DNA of 64,000 bases from Octopus sinensis (lineage: Eukaryota), in NCBI RefSeq assembly GCF_006345805.1, contig NC_042997.1:14942001-15006000 (forward strand), written 5' to 3'. A program made the position numbers and the translations under genes. Positions 11,644 to 24,836 of this stretch are shown one piece after another. Numbering within the stretch: the first letter of the stretch is position 1; each line of letters begins with the position of its first letter. Under the pieces are notes generated by a model. It saw nothing but the letters and a program-made list of their open reading frames with translations, ran no database searches and was not told the DNA's origin.

Positions 11644-12777
11644 CTGTAATTTAGTTTATATGAAAACATGACTGCAAAATAAGCCATAAAAATGTAAACA
11701 AATGGAGCAAAGGATATAAACTTTCACTGTGAACAGGTTTAAAAACAGTCTCATACCAGTAGCTCCAGATCAAACAACAGAGAATTCACCCGAATTGAAT
11801 GTATCCATTACAATATTACACATGGTCTCAGTTTCCGACTTTCAATAAATACCACAAACAACATGACTCTCTCGCTCTCTCCCTCTCTTTCATTCATTCC
11901 ATTTTTACTCACTCTTCCTCTCCTTTTCTCTTCCTACCCCCACCTCTTTCTCAGTACATATATATATATATATATATATATGTAATTTTTCGGACTAATG
12001 GCTATATGATAATTAGTGTGTTGAGCAAAGCACATTCATAGTTTGGGCTTCCTGGTATCATCCACAGTTGGGATATATTTCCTCTAGATCTAAGCCAGGA
12101 ATTTCGCAGTGTTAAATGAGATAATACTTGATGAAGGAAACAGAAAATAGATTTAGCACTAGTCTTTATTCAGTATGACAATTGTTTTGCTCCATCCTAC
12201 AATTGTCCACCATGGGTAGGATATTGTGCATCTAACCGTGTTGCATGAATCTATGCCATTTGTGGTACATGAGACACATGCATAAAGAAAGAGATGTCCC
12301 ACAAGATATACTGACTTGTCCTAGGCATGTTGTTCTTGCCCGCCATATTTTGGTTATTAGCTGGTTATAACCAAAATAATTTTAGAGATGAGGAATTCTG
12401 TACATTATTTATTTTATAACGGATAAAATTCAACAGGAATAAATTGGAAATGAAAAACATTTACCATCTAGTCCCTGGACCAATTAGTTTCTGATCATCT
12501 TTTAGTGAGTCAAGGAGAACTCACAAGGTCTGATTTTCTTCAGCAAGGTCCAACCTAGGGTTGTACATATCCAACACGAGACAAACAAGGCTACTTGTCT
12601 CGTGTTTATATGAACTAACTATTCAAATTTTTCTGCGCAGACACAGTCCTTCGCTGGCTACAATGAAAAACCGCCAACTTTTAACCGAAAATTATCCAAA
12701 AACTTACAGTATTTAATCATGTCAAAGGGAAATGGAATTCAATTAAAATTAAAACATTCAATCAAAATCTCTCTCTC

Positions 12778-12813
<36 letters not shown>

Positions 12814-12946
12814 TAGATAGACTGATAGATATACATATATATATAAGTACACACACATGCATACAAGTATACATAAATATGTATACGCACACATACATAT
12901 TTGTATATATCACACACATGTATGTGAATGCATATATATATATATA

Positions 12947-13500
12947 ACTGGCACTTTGTTGGTTATGACAATGAGTGTTCCAGTTGATCCAATCAATGGA
13001 ACAGCCTGCTCATGAAATTAATATGCAAGTGGCTGAGCACTCCACAGACACGTGTACCTATTTCTTTACTACCCACAAGGGGCTAAATACAGAGGCGACA
13101 AACAAGGACAGACACACGGATTAAGTCGATTATATCGACCCCAGTGCGTAACTGGTACTTATTTAATCGACCCCGAAAGGATGAAAGGCAAAGTCGACCT
13201 CGACGGAATTTGAACTCAGAACGTAGCGGCAGACGAAATACAGCTTAGCATTTTGCCCGGCACGCTAACGTTTCTGCCAGCTCGCCACATGTACCCTTAA
13301 CATAGTTCCAGGGGGATTCAGCATGACACAGAGTGTGACAAGGCTGGCTCCTCGAAATACAGGTACAACTCATTTTTACCAGCTGAGTGGACTGGAGCAA
13401 CATAAAAAAAAGGGTCTTGCTCAGGGACACAACATGCTTCTGGGTATTGACCACTCACAACCTTATGATTGTGAACCAAACACCCTAACCACTAAGCCTT
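12947..13500 (-). mobile_element. SINE family D, interrupted by a nested Nin-type SINE
   Basis: Collinear with the 21768-22096 copy apart from the insertion. Confidence 0.85.
13059..13285 (-). mobile_element. Full-length Nin-type SINE with ~10-bp target-site duplication
   Basis: CACGTGTACC (13049-58) and CACATGTACC (13286-95) flank it. Contains GTCGACTTTGCCTTTCATCCTTTCGGGGTCGA. Confidence 0.85.
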
Positions 13501-13885
13501 CACACACGCACACATACACACATACCTTCACACACATGGCTGCGCACACTCACACACACACACACACATACATAATCAACAACCTTTTTAAGTATTACTG
13601 ATCTAAAGCTTTAGAGTATGTTTCTGTTTGGATTTATGAGGTACTGACTGGTTATATGTATATGTGTGTGTACATGTGCATGTGTTGAAGCATATCTAAT
13701 CAGTCAAACCAATGTATTGAATTCTATAGCAGATAATGTATGTAATGTGTAAAGTATGTTTTCCAACTCTTGCATTATCATATGTGTGAATTGTGAATGT
13801 GTGTATGTATGTGTGTACGTTGTTTATATGCTATATTGCAAACGTGACTGTCTTCTAGCTTTATCATTTGTATTAAATTGCTTAC

Positions 13886-13897
13886 AAAAACCACTCC
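13886..13897 (-). CDS. Candidate 12-nt micro-exon (GVVF in phase 0)
   Basis: CACTAAT branch, ~22-nt pyrimidine tract containing TGC, ccag|GGAGTGGTTTTT|gtaagc. Confidence 0.4.
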
Positions 13898-14079
13898 CTG
13901 GCAACAAAGCAAAGAGAAAAATATCTATTAGTGTGACAATATAAGCATGGATTAGGACTGAAATAAATTTAAACATTAGAAAGCCTTGCTATGAGAAGAA
14001 TAAAGCAATGTGCTTATATTCCTTTATTTCTCTCACAGCTAAGCTTTCTAATTTTTATATCTAATATATTTTTATATCT

Positions 14080-14277
14080 GTGCCGGCGGCATGTAAAAAG
14101 CACCCACTACATTCATGGAGTGGTTGGCATTAGGAAGGGCATCCAGCCGTAGAAACCTTGCCAGATCAGACTGGGCCTGGTGCAGCCTTCTGGCTTCCCA
14201 GACCCCAGTTGAACCGTCCAACCCATGCTAGCATGGAAAGCGGATGCTAAACGATTATGATGATGATGATGATGATT
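14080..14277 (+). mobile_element. RTE 3'UTR tail
   Basis: Shared tail and (GAT)n. Confidence 0.9.
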
Positions 14278-14477
14278 AATGTAAATTCTTCTTAGCAGGC
14301 TTGTTTGCTTTGGGTTTCATGGAAGAAACCTAAGTGGTAGATTTAACAAAATTTTAAGCAGGTTTCATAACCAACCCTTAACAGCCTAAAATTCAAAGCT
14401 GACAGTAATCTGACTTCTAATTAAGATCTAATATTCAGCATATTATGAAATAGCAATAATAGTCAACAACAGCACTA

Positions 14478-14970
14478 GTGGAGGCGCAATGGCCCAGTAG
14501 TTAGGGCAGTGGACTCGCGGTCATAAGAACAGTTTCAATTCCCAGACCAGGCATTGTGAGTGTTTATTGAGCAAAAACACCTAAGCTCCATGAGGCTCCG
14601 GCGGGGGATGATGGTGAAACCCGCTGTACTCTTTCACCACAACTTTCTCTCACTCTTTCTTCCTACTTCTGCCACGAAGCAGAGGAACCATGGTGTAACC
14701 CACCATGGTGTGGTAAACTTTCAGACTCTAGTCTAGATTGCGATGGTTCAGCTCTCTACCCGTTAAAAGCCACCGTTTACAAAATGAGGATAAAAACGTA
14801 GCTTTCTTGCCCATGCAACTGCCAACCTATCGCGTGTGGTGGGTGGATCTTCAAGTTGCCACACACATTCTTAGTAGTTTAGAGTAGGCTCGAATTAGAG
14901 ATTATTCTTTGTGGCTAACGGTGTGAGTCCTGATTGGAAGAAGAAGAAGAAGAACAACAACAACAACAGC
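14478..14970 (+). mobile_element. SINE family C head joined to an unrelated CpG-rich 3' part ending in (GAA)n(CAA)n
   Basis: GTGGAGGCGCAATGGCCCAGTAGTTAGGGC head as at 53139; the sequences diverge after ~14665. Confidence 0.65.
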
Positions 14971-15307
14971 ACTGGATAAGTTATGCTCTTTTTTCTTTTT
15001 ATCCATAGTTCTCCTAAGGCTGGTTTCATTGGCATATAAGTAACCAACATCACAACATTGTCCCTGAACAGGATGTAGGTTTGTTGCATGATTCAAGGCA
15101 AGCAATTTTTTAATGGAGGCAACAAATTGGTTACATCAATTCCAGTGTTTGATGGTGCTTATTTTATTGGCCCCTGAAGGGATGAAAGGAAGAATTGACT
15201 TCAGCAGGCTCTGAACTCACACTACAAAGAGCTAGAAGAAATACTGCTAAGTATTTTTGTCCAATGTGCTAATGATTGTACCAGCTGGCTACCTTAGTCA
15301 TACATAT

Positions 15308-15580
15308 TTTTTATTTATTTATGTGCCCTTTTCAAGCCTAGCCAGGCTCATGGGCCCGGTTTCCCTGTTTCTGTGGCGCATGTGTTCCCTACAATTGGAT
15401 GGGACGCCAGTCCATCGCAGCGTTACTCAAGAAGCAGGAAGAAAGAGAGAAAGTTGGGGTGGAAGAGTGCAACAGGGGTCGCCACCACCCACTGCCGGAG
15501 CCTCATGGAGCTTTAGGTGTTTTCGCTCAATAAACACACACAACGCCTGGTCTGGGAATCGAAACTGCAATCCTCCGACC
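15308..15580 (-). mobile_element. SINE family C variant with V-domain-like core and A-rich tail
   Basis: Minus strand CTGCGATGGACTGGCGTCCCATCC resembles the V-SINE core (recalled). Tail ends AAATAAATAAAAAA. Confidence 0.75.
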
Positions 15581-15934
15581 AAGACAATTATGACTATGAA
15601 AACATCGATCATAAAGCAACTTCATAAGAGTAACCCTGATTCTCGATAACCACAGTATAAAGTGTATCTACAAAGGTAAAAAGCCTAGCAAGAACATTAA
15701 AGAGATGCATTAAATAGGGGAATGTTTTCAAACAAGTTTCAAAGAAATACATGGAAAGACTACTGTCATATAAAAGACACATTTAGAAATCTGAACTTCT
15801 GTAAATCACTGATTGCAAAATGGCATCACAGCACATGAGGTTTACTTCCTCAGAAGGCAATATGCAGAAGCAGGACAAATTGAAATAGAACTGCAATGAC
15901 AAAATTATTTCCTTTCTTCAAAATACTTCATTCA

Positions 15935-16278
15935 GCGCCCGTGGCTGATGCCAGCGCCGCCTCGACTGGCTTCCGTGCCGGTGGCACCTAAAAAGCACCA
16001 TCCAAATCGTGGCTGAAGCCAGTGCCACCTCGACTGGCTTCCGTGCCGGTGGCACGTAAAATGCACAAATCCGACCATGGCTGTTGCCAGCCTCGCCTGG
16101 CACCTGTGCGGGTGGCACGTAAAAAGCACCCACTACACTCACGGAGTGGTTGGCGTTAGGAAGGGCATCCAGCTGTAGAAACATTGCCAGATAAGACTGG
16201 AGCCTGGTGCAGCCTTCTGGCTTCCCAGATCCCCGGTCGAACCGTCCAACCCATGCTAGCATGACGATGATGATGATC
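15935..16278 (+). mobile_element. RTE 3'UTR with ~3 hairpin repeat units
   Basis: CTCGACTGGCTTCCGTGCCGGTGGCAC occurs twice; shared tail. Confidence 0.9.
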
Positions 16279-16540
16279 TGTGCACATTGATTTTGTAAAG
16301 GGTGACATCTCAGTAATCAACCTGTAGACTCCCATGAATGTCAGACAGCCTGCTTCCCTTATATATAAAGAACTCTATGATAGCACATTGCTTGTATTTG
16401 AAATCCATTATTTGCCTGCAATGAAAGAGAAAGTGGGGTTATTATAGAGGAGAGTTACCCAACATGCACAATTTGAACAAGCTATGTCCATGAATAAATA
16501 AGTTTTGCCCTCTTTTGCATTACTTTCAGGACAACCCTAT

Positions 16541-16710
16541 GTGGAAATTCTTCAGGCAAGAAAATGGCAGGATAGAATGAGGTCTGTGTGATGCAAGAAG
16601 ACATCTTTTTTTGGTTTAGATATCAGTCATGCATGAATTGCATTGCAAGGTCACCACCTAATTTTAGAGGGTAAATATATATACTCACACAAACATAGAG
16701 AGAGAAAGAA

Positions 16711-16763
<53 letters not shown>

Positions 16764-17849
16764 CAGACAGACAGACAGGCAGAGAAAGAAAGAGAGCAGA
16801 CACACAAATTTGTTTCCCAAAAGGTGGAATAAATAGGCTGATGATGAAAAGTTGAACATTTGCATATTGTTGCAACAAATAATTACTCAACCATGAATTA
16901 AGAGCAGAACCTGTTGTCAGAAAAAAATGTATGTGTGTATGTGTGTGTGCATTTACAATATATGTGCATCAGAAAATTTCCCTTTTATTATTGTAGTAGT
17001 TAGGTACATATGTGTACTGACTAATAAACAGCTATTGGTGTAATTATCTATATAAATAGTATTCTTTTAGCTTATTTGACTATTTAAGTGCTTCATGTAA
17101 TTCAGTCATTTGCATTCTGAAGATTAATGTGTTTTATATTGATCTTATATACAATCAAGCCCTCTTTTCCCAAGGGAGGATTCTAATTTATTATTGCTAT
17201 TCATGTTAGTAGCTTCTGTGGAATTTGAACTCTAAGTCTTCCTGATATTCAGTTTATTGATCTTAGAGGGATAAAATACAAAATTCCATCCTCTAAGGGT
17301 TTGATCTTAAACACAATAATTCATTGCTTTTAGTCTAGTGCTCCACTGGATCAGTTGTCTCCATCATACTAAAAGATGGCAGAAATCAGCCAAGTTCTGC
17401 CTGCTAGAAATAGCAGCCCAAATGGTTTTAAATCAGATCCCAATGCTAGATGTTCAAGAACCAAATGGAAGGCAGATTTTCGATCCCAGGATCATCTTGA
17501 TTCCAAAAAGGTATAATATGTCTATGTAGAGCAAATGAGGAATGAGATGCAGGGGTCCCAGACAGACAGAATTTCATGTTTACTATTATAGAAGGAGCGA
17601 GAAGTGTAGCAAAGTGAATCAACCATACAATGGGACAGGCTCTCCTCATATGGTTACTGCCCACAGAACCATTGTTTTTAAGAAGCGGAGGGAAAAAGGA
17701 TCCTGAAAAGCTGGTGGAAATTCTTCAGGCAAGAAAATAGCAGGATAGAATGAGGTCTGTGTGATGCAAGAAGACATCTTTTTTTGGTTTAGATATCAGT
17801 CATGCATGAATTGCATTGCAAGGTCACCACCTAATTTTGGAGGGTAAAT
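16541..17849 (+). repeat. 136-bp direct repeat pair (16541-16676 and 17714-17849)
   Basis: GTGGAAATTCTTCAGGCAAG...GAGGGTAAAT, two mismatches between copies. Confidence 0.9.
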
Positions 17850-18098
17850 GAGTTTCTTCAGGTATTGCAGGTCTTGTTTTTTTTATCTGGACAACTGTAG
17901 CACAGCTAAGAATGAGGTACTTGGAAGACTTGGGGATTTTGAATTTTTGTTGTGTGAAGGATGTGGAGGGACAGCTTAAAAGAATAATTTCAGTTGGCCA
18001 GCAGCTGTTTCTAATGAGTCAGGAATGAAGCAAACAGAGCATGTGTGCTGCCAAGAATAATTGGCATAAAGAATATTTACATATGCATACATACCCCT

Positions 18099-18134
<36 letters not shown>

Positions 18135-18136
<2 letters not shown>

Positions 18137-18441
18137 CAAGTGTGATCGTTACCAGCATCGCCTCGAGCGTGATCGTTACCAGCATCGCCTTACTGGCACC
18201 CACGCCGGTGGCATGTGTAAAAGATTCAAGCGAGGTTGTTGCCAGTACCGCTTGACTGGCCCTGTGCCAGTGGCACATAAAAGCACCAACTACACTCTCG
18301 GAGTGGTTGGCGTTAGGAAGGGCATCCAGCTGTAGAAACTCTGCTAGATCAAGATTGGAGCCTGGTGCAGCCATCTGGTTTGCCAGCCCTCAGTCAAATC
18401 ATCCAACCCATGCTAGCAAGGAAAGCGGACGTTAAACGATG
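18135..18441 (+). mobile_element. RTE 3'UTR copy
   Basis: Shared tail; local 24-bp duplication GTGTGATCGTTACCAGCATCGCCT. Confidence 0.85.
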
Positions 18442-18627
18442 TGTGTCTGTATATATATATGTAAACTTTTCAATGGTTGGGGATTAGAATCATGCTTTGA
18501 CACTCGGATTACTAAGGAATTTGAATCAAACTGTTTTGATATACACATATAGCTCTCAATAAATGTGTTGAGTGCTCTTCTTTTGTTTTTCCACTCACTT
18601 GCATACACACACACACACACACACACA

Positions 18628-20590
18628 CTAGTATATGCTGATGATCTTGTATTTATAGTGGAGTCTATAACAGAGTTGGAAAAGAAATTCCTGGCATGGA
18701 AGCAAAACCTGGAATCGAAGGACCTTAAAGTTAATTAGCAAAGACCAAAGTTCCAGTGAGAAAGAAATAAACACGACTCTACCAACTATGGGTAAATAGC
18801 CCTGGAAAGCTATAAGCAGAAATTCCTAATATGGTGTACCCAGTGCAAGCTATAGATGCACAAGAGGTGCAGTGGAATCACAGGAAGGTTAATGGAGAAA
18901 GTAGTGTTTGAGCATGGAAGATGCACAGGAGCCATAGAGACAACAAATGCATGAGAAAATGATTTTCTCAAATGTCTTGGAGGTTCTCTAGAGGTAATAA
19001 GTAATTTCTATTACCTAGGTGACCTAATTAGCAGTGGAAGAGAATGTTCCAAAAGTATAGTTGCTAGAATAAGAAATGGATGAAGAAAATTTTGTTGCCT
19101 CTGTTTGCAACACAAGGTCTCTCTCTTTAAGTGAAAGGAAGATTGTATGATGCTTATGTATGAACAGCAATGCTACGTAGTCATGAGACACAGGGCCTTA
19201 AATGCAGAGGACATGCAGAAGAAGAATGAAGTTAGTATACTGTGTTGGATGTGCAATGTCAGTGTGTATATATATATATGACAAAGTGTTAGTGCTTTGA
19301 GAGTAAAATAAAGCATAAGAGGAATTAGATGTAGCATGCAAGAAAGAAGATTGTGTTGGTTTGGTCATGTGATGCATATGGATGAGAAGAGTTGTGTAAA
19401 GAAGTGCCAATCACTTAAAGTGGATGGAACTTGTGGAAGAGGAAAACATGGGATGAAGTATTGAAGGCTGACCTCAAGATGCTGAGCTTTACGGAGGCAA
19501 AGGACTGAGATAATTAGAGTTTTGCTGTGCTCAAGAAGACCCATCTACTAAAGCAGAATGATATCCTAAAAACTACCTTGGTAATGCTTGTATGTGCAGA
19601 GCTCTGCTCCACCTCCACCTCCAATTTCTCTCTCTCTCTTTCATCAAGCATTTACACCATGTCTCATTTATCCTACCATTCATCATGTTTTTATCTATGG
19701 TACTACTTGGTTGTTGTAAACACCCAAGAGCAGAATAGGCACATACTACATACTCACAACTTTTGGTTTCTTCCTCTTCCACTTTGAACCACTTCCATTT
19801 CTTTTTCTTCTCTACCCATAATTTCCACCAATTATCTCCTTTCTATGCCTTCAGTCAATGATCTCTCTCTCTCTCTCTCTTCTGCTATACTCCATCTTTA
19901 ATACCCCTCTTATTTGCTATCTCTCTCAAGGTCCTCACATATCTATCATAGCCCCATTGAGTCACTGCTATATCTTTCCAAAATCACTTTATTCCATCCC
20001 CATTCTCCCCTCACACTCTTATAAAACTTTCCCTTTTATCTTTTCCTGCCCATTAACCCAGTCCAGTCCTCTGAACCACTTCACATATATTCACCCCACC
20101 ACTGTACTTCGAGGATGTGTCCTGACACATCTCTACCACCATCTCACTCTTTTTCTCTCTTTCTTCCTTTTTAACACTCTCTCACATATTGCTCTCTCTC
20201 TCTCTCTCTCTCTATTTATCTATCTATCTATCTATCTTCCTTTATAACTCTCTGTTTTCTGACGGGTTGCCATGCAATCTCCTCTACGGCAAGATACCTA
20301 TTTCTATTCCTCTATCATACTTAGGCTTCTCATCAACAAGTGCAAAGCCCCCTCCCTCAACACAACTCCCCCTCCTAATCAAGGGAAATTTGTCTTGTAA
20401 GTTAGTTGGTGACCCCACTGGTGCTGGAGCCATGTAAAAAAAAAAAACACCCAGTAAACTCTGTAAAGTGGTTGACATTAGGGAGGGTACCCTGCCATAG
20501 AAGCAATATGAAAGCAGACAGTAGAGCTTAGCAGTCTCTGGCCTACCAGCTCCCATCAAACCATCCAACCCATGATGATGATGATGATGA
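18628..20590 (+). mobile_element. 5'-truncated RTE-clade LINE: decayed RT C-half, CT-rich 3'UTR and (GAT)n tail
   Basis: Translates to LVYADDLVFIVES..., WCTQCKL*MHKRCSG, YYLGDLISS, ERRLCWFGHVMHM, with stops and frameshifts. Confidence 0.85.
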
Positions 20591-20860
20591 TGACACATAG
20601 ACTCCTTCTCTCTTTCATTACACATCAATAGTATAGAAAGAATGTGTTTATATTCTTACTTAATCATCCCAAAGAGGTTTTATAATAACGGAATTTCTTT
20701 CTCTTCTTTTAATTTATGCTCTATTACACATAAAGTTTCTTTTCTACTCTAGGCACAAGGCCCGAAATTTTTGGGGAGGGGTACAGTTGATAATATATAT
20801 GTATATAATATATCTGTATATATATATACATATATAATATATATGTATATATATGTATGT

Positions 20861-20954
<94 letters not shown>

Positions 20955-21139
20955 CTAATGAGGGTGAGAAATTTGTATACTAATTTAATAGTACATCCAT
21001 TTAACACCAAGAGGCTTAGTGCATATAAAACCCGGATTTTCATACATTTTATACATAAATATAAGAGAGCGACCACTATGTGGTCTACTCTAGCACTAAA
21101 AATAGATCCATTGGGCTTCAGCCACATAAAAAATGTTCC

Positions 21140-21184
<45 letters not shown>

Positions 21185-21187
21185 TTA

Positions 21188-21372
21188 TTCTTTTCTTCTC
21201 TAGGCACAAGGCCCGAGATATTTGGGGAGCAAGTCAGTCAATTAGATTGATCCCAGTACGCAACTGGTACTTAATTAATCAACCCTGAAAGGATGAAATG
21301 CAAAGTCGACCTCGGCAGAATTTGAACTCAGAACGTAAAGACAGACGAAATACCGATAAGCATTTCACCTAG
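21188..21372 (-). mobile_element. Nin-type SINE; its tail also appears at 20740-20790
   Basis: CTCTAGGCACAAGGCCCGA at both sites. GGATGAAATGCAAAGTCGACCTCGGCAGAATTTGAACTC core. Confidence 0.8.
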
Positions 21373-21465
21373 CATAAATATATATTATTAATTGACAGAA
21401 GTTACAGGGTGACTCAAGGGTCAAGAGTTTTGTGCAATGGCATTGATCAAGCTTTTCACCAACCC

Positions 21466-21660
21466 TGTGCTGGTGGCATGTAAAAAGCACCCACTACATT
21501 CTTGGAGTGGTTGGCATTAGGAAGGGCATCCAGCAGTAGAAACATTGCCAGATCAGATTGGAGCCTGGTGCAGCTGCTGGCTCTCCAGACCTCAGTCAAA
21601 CCATCCAACCCATGCCAGTATGGAAAACGGATGTTAAACGATTATGATGATGATGATGAT
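21466..21660 (+). mobile_element. RTE 3'UTR tail
   Basis: Shared tail and (GAT)n. Confidence 0.85.
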
Positions 21661-21685
21661 TGATATATATATATATGTATATATA

Positions 21686-22093
21686 GGAGTACTCCATCGG
21701 TTACAATGATGTGGGTCCCAGCTAATACAATCAACAGAACAGCTTGCTTGTGAAATTAATATATATATAACTGGCACTTTGTTGGTTATGACAATGAGTG
21801 TTCCAGTTGATCCAACCAACAATACAGCCTGCTCATGAAATTAATATGCAAGTGGCTGAGCACTCCACAGACACGTGTACCCTTAACGTAGTTATCAGGG
21901 AGATTCAGCATGACACAGAGTGTGACAAGGCTGGCCCTTTGAAATACAGGTACTACTTATTTTTGCTAGCTGAGTAGACTGGAGCAACATGAAGTAAAGT
22001 GTCTTGTTCAAGGACACAATGCATCACCAGGAATTGAACTCATGACCTTACAATCGTGATCCAAATGCCCTAACCACTAAGCCACGCGACCTT

Positions 22094-22096
<3 letters not shown>
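21686..22096 (-). mobile_element. SINE family D with an extra duplicated tail segment
   Basis: Head on the minus strand is GTCGCGTGGCTTAGTGGTTAGGGC. Two tail segments at 21686-21762 and 21768-21850. Confidence 0.85.
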
Positions 22097-22132
<36 letters not shown>

Positions 22133-22247
22133 CTATATATATATATACATACATATATATATATTATATATATATATATATATATATTACTTTTACTCTA
22201 AAAGAGTAAAAGAGAAAAAGAGTATATATATTATATATATATATATC

Positions 22248-22314
<67 letters not shown>

Positions 22315-22465
22315 GTAACAGCTGCTCAAAAAGAAAACAATGGTATTGAGGCTTGGGCCCTGAATGAAAAGAACTTATAAACATGAGTAAGAAATGTAGC
22401 AAACTTGTTCTACTAGATGTGCAATGTAGGTATACATAAATAATAGAGTACAAATGTGTTCTGAG

Positions 22466-22590
22466 AAAACTAGGTATAAGGGAAATCAGATGTAGTGTAC
22501 AAGAGAGAAAAACTGCATTGGCTTGGGCATGCGATGTTCATTAATGAAGATAGTGGGCACAGGAGTGGCTGTGTGGTAAGTAGCATGCTT
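22466..22590 (+). mobile_element. RTE C-terminal fragment (KLGIREIRCSVQERKLHWLGHAM) abutting a family A SINE head
   Basis: Peptide echo of 19330-19380. GGCACAGGAGTGGCTGTGTGGTAAG follows directly. Confidence 0.6.
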
Positions 22591-22599
22591 ATGCGCATG

Positions 22600-23110
22600 C
22601 ATCGGTTTATTCGCTGTGTTGATTTTTGACAAGATGGACAGAAGTTTTTGAGCTGCTTGGCAGTGGTTTGTTGGTGAGTGTTGTACCAGTGGAAAGGAAT
22701 GTATTTGGACCTTAGCGAGTATGAACTATCCTCAGTAAAGGAGGAGCTCGTGAAGGCGGTAAACAGAATGGACGAGCATTTGGAAAGAATAAAGAGTTTT
22801 GCTGAGGTAGAGAAAAGGGAAGTGGACCTAACTGGAAAGAGTAAAGAGTTTTGCAAAGGTAAAGAAAAGGGAAGTGGACCTAACTAGACTGAAGGAGCTG
22901 TGTAAGATGACACAGAGGGTGGGCAGTGATGTAAAGTTATCACCCCTGAAAAGGGTTATGGTGAATATGGAAAAGAAGACCATTGCCTACAAGATGCACT
23001 CAGTGGAGAGTAGGAAGGTGGAGTGGATGGAGATGGAAAAAGTATAAAAAGCTCTGAAGAGGCTTTCGAAGGAAGTGAGATATGTAGCAAAAGGAAACGG
23101 ATGTGGGACA
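22600..23110 (-). mobile_element. Decayed L2/CR1-type LINE endonuclease-region remnant with a 52-bp tandem duplication (22781-22884)
   Basis: Peptide echoes FHIHH, HLTQL and YIPFHWYN. The duplication is seen directly. Confidence 0.35.
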
Positions 23111-24001
23111 GATAAGTATACAATCCTGTATACTTTCCATTTACATATATTGTACTTATTTAACCCTTTGGGTAGCCCTGTCTGAGCAATTGTACAACAA
23201 CAAGCATTCCACCAATGAACAATGCCACATTTACTTATAGGCTTGGCAGCTGAAACCTAGGGTCTCACAATCAAAGGTATCTCCAGCTAAGATATGCAAT
23301 ATTTTTAGCACTAACATAGGCCTTTAAAGAGAGGTTTCTCAAGTGGAATAGCTTCTGGCTTATCTTCATCTAAATCTGTCTCCTGCCATCACCTTCCCAT
23401 CTTGTATTCAGATAGAGTGCACCTAGATATCATGTTATCTAATGTATTCTTCCTTTAGAATGGTAAGATGAGATTTTAGGGAGATCTGGTTGCTACTCCT
23501 ATCAGGACAAGCAATTAAATATAGATCACTTTCCTCCTGATATGTCTACTAACATGTTATATGCTTTTGTATTCAGACATTCATATAATGGTAATTTTCA
23601 ACTTTTTTAAAACCCAGTCATCTTCAAGAAAAAATATTTGTAATTTAAGTATCTGCAAAATTAAAGGAGAAATACCTGTTTATTTCAAACTGATCTGTTG
23701 TGGAATCAGTTGATATTTTAGCTTCAATAGTTTAACCACCCTTGGAAAGTGAGAATCCCGCTAGTGTATCTATGTGGAATGATTTGCATATCAAAACATT
23801 ACAATCATAAAACTATGAGTCTCCTCTAAGATTAATCTAACTTCCACTTGGTTAGGCGTTTTTATCAGTAGATAGAAATTAGAAGGAGAGACACGTGCAG
23901 TTAATAACCAAAATTTAGAGAGGAACTGATAGATGTTAGTGCCAGGAATTTGACATATAAAAAATCAAAAGACCCAGTCTTCAACGATGCCATAGTGTAA
24001 A

Positions 24002-24394
24002 TCTCTCTATATATAAAGCTGAAGTTGTCTGTGTATGGCAGGTTTGGTAGCCTTCAACTAACACTATTTCCTCTGAGACCCTGCAGCGCAAGTTGACCAA
24101 AATTGAGAGTATGATAGAAGAAGGCTTGCTCTTCATTCCGTAGAAGATAAAATTCAAATCGGACCATGTTAAGACCAAAAATTATTTACACCAAAAAAGG
24201 TGCTTTATTTCTATGAAAATCCCTATTTTTTACGATTTTTTGACTACTGCGTCGCCATTTTTCGGTGTATTTCAACCAGAAAAATGTTCACTTAAAGAGA
24301 ATAACAAGCTACATAATGCAAAATTTTTACTTTTCAAAAATTCCAATTCTAAAGGGTCAAAACAAACCCGAGCAACGCCGGGCGATACTGCTAG
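24002..24394 (+). mobile_element. Non-autonomous Helitron (393 bp), second subfamily
   Basis: A|TC start. 3' CCCGAGCAACGCCGGG hairpin, CGATACTG, then CTAG|T. Interior unrelated to the 5- and 28-kb copies. Confidence 0.85.
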
Positions 24395-24836
24395 TACTAA
24401 TAATAATTATTATTCCTTCCATAAATTGACAGTCTGCTCGATCAATAACGACAATGGTAAATGTAATCGTTTGAACTTTCGTGATCATCCGTATCTATCA
24501 GTGGATGATCAACTTTACTTTTCTTAGGATTGAAAAGGGTAAAGGAGTTAAAACAATCATGTCTTTACTTGAAGACATAGCGGAATGAGGGAAAACGCTT
24601 GCAGCAATCAGTATCTTATGGAGATAATTTCTTTAAAAAAGTGGTAGTGATAAAAGAAATGGAGCAATAGTGAGTAACATGGAACAAGTAACCACAAAAC
24701 TGGTTCCAAGCCCGCGATGCCACGCATGAAGATACTTAGAACACTAAAACAGCAACTGAGAAAATATAGTAGGCAAATCTTTCTCTGTCAGCCAGAATAC
24801 TCATTAAATACTCTGTAATTATGATCATTACCTCAC

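Noticed and set aside
16541-17849. LTR retrotransposon
   Set aside because: The repeats lack TG...CA ends, a PBS/PPT and a TSD, and the interior has no gag/pol similarity.
23676-23760. Candidate second exon of the minus-strand gene
   Set aside because: Stop codons occur in all three frames before the donor.
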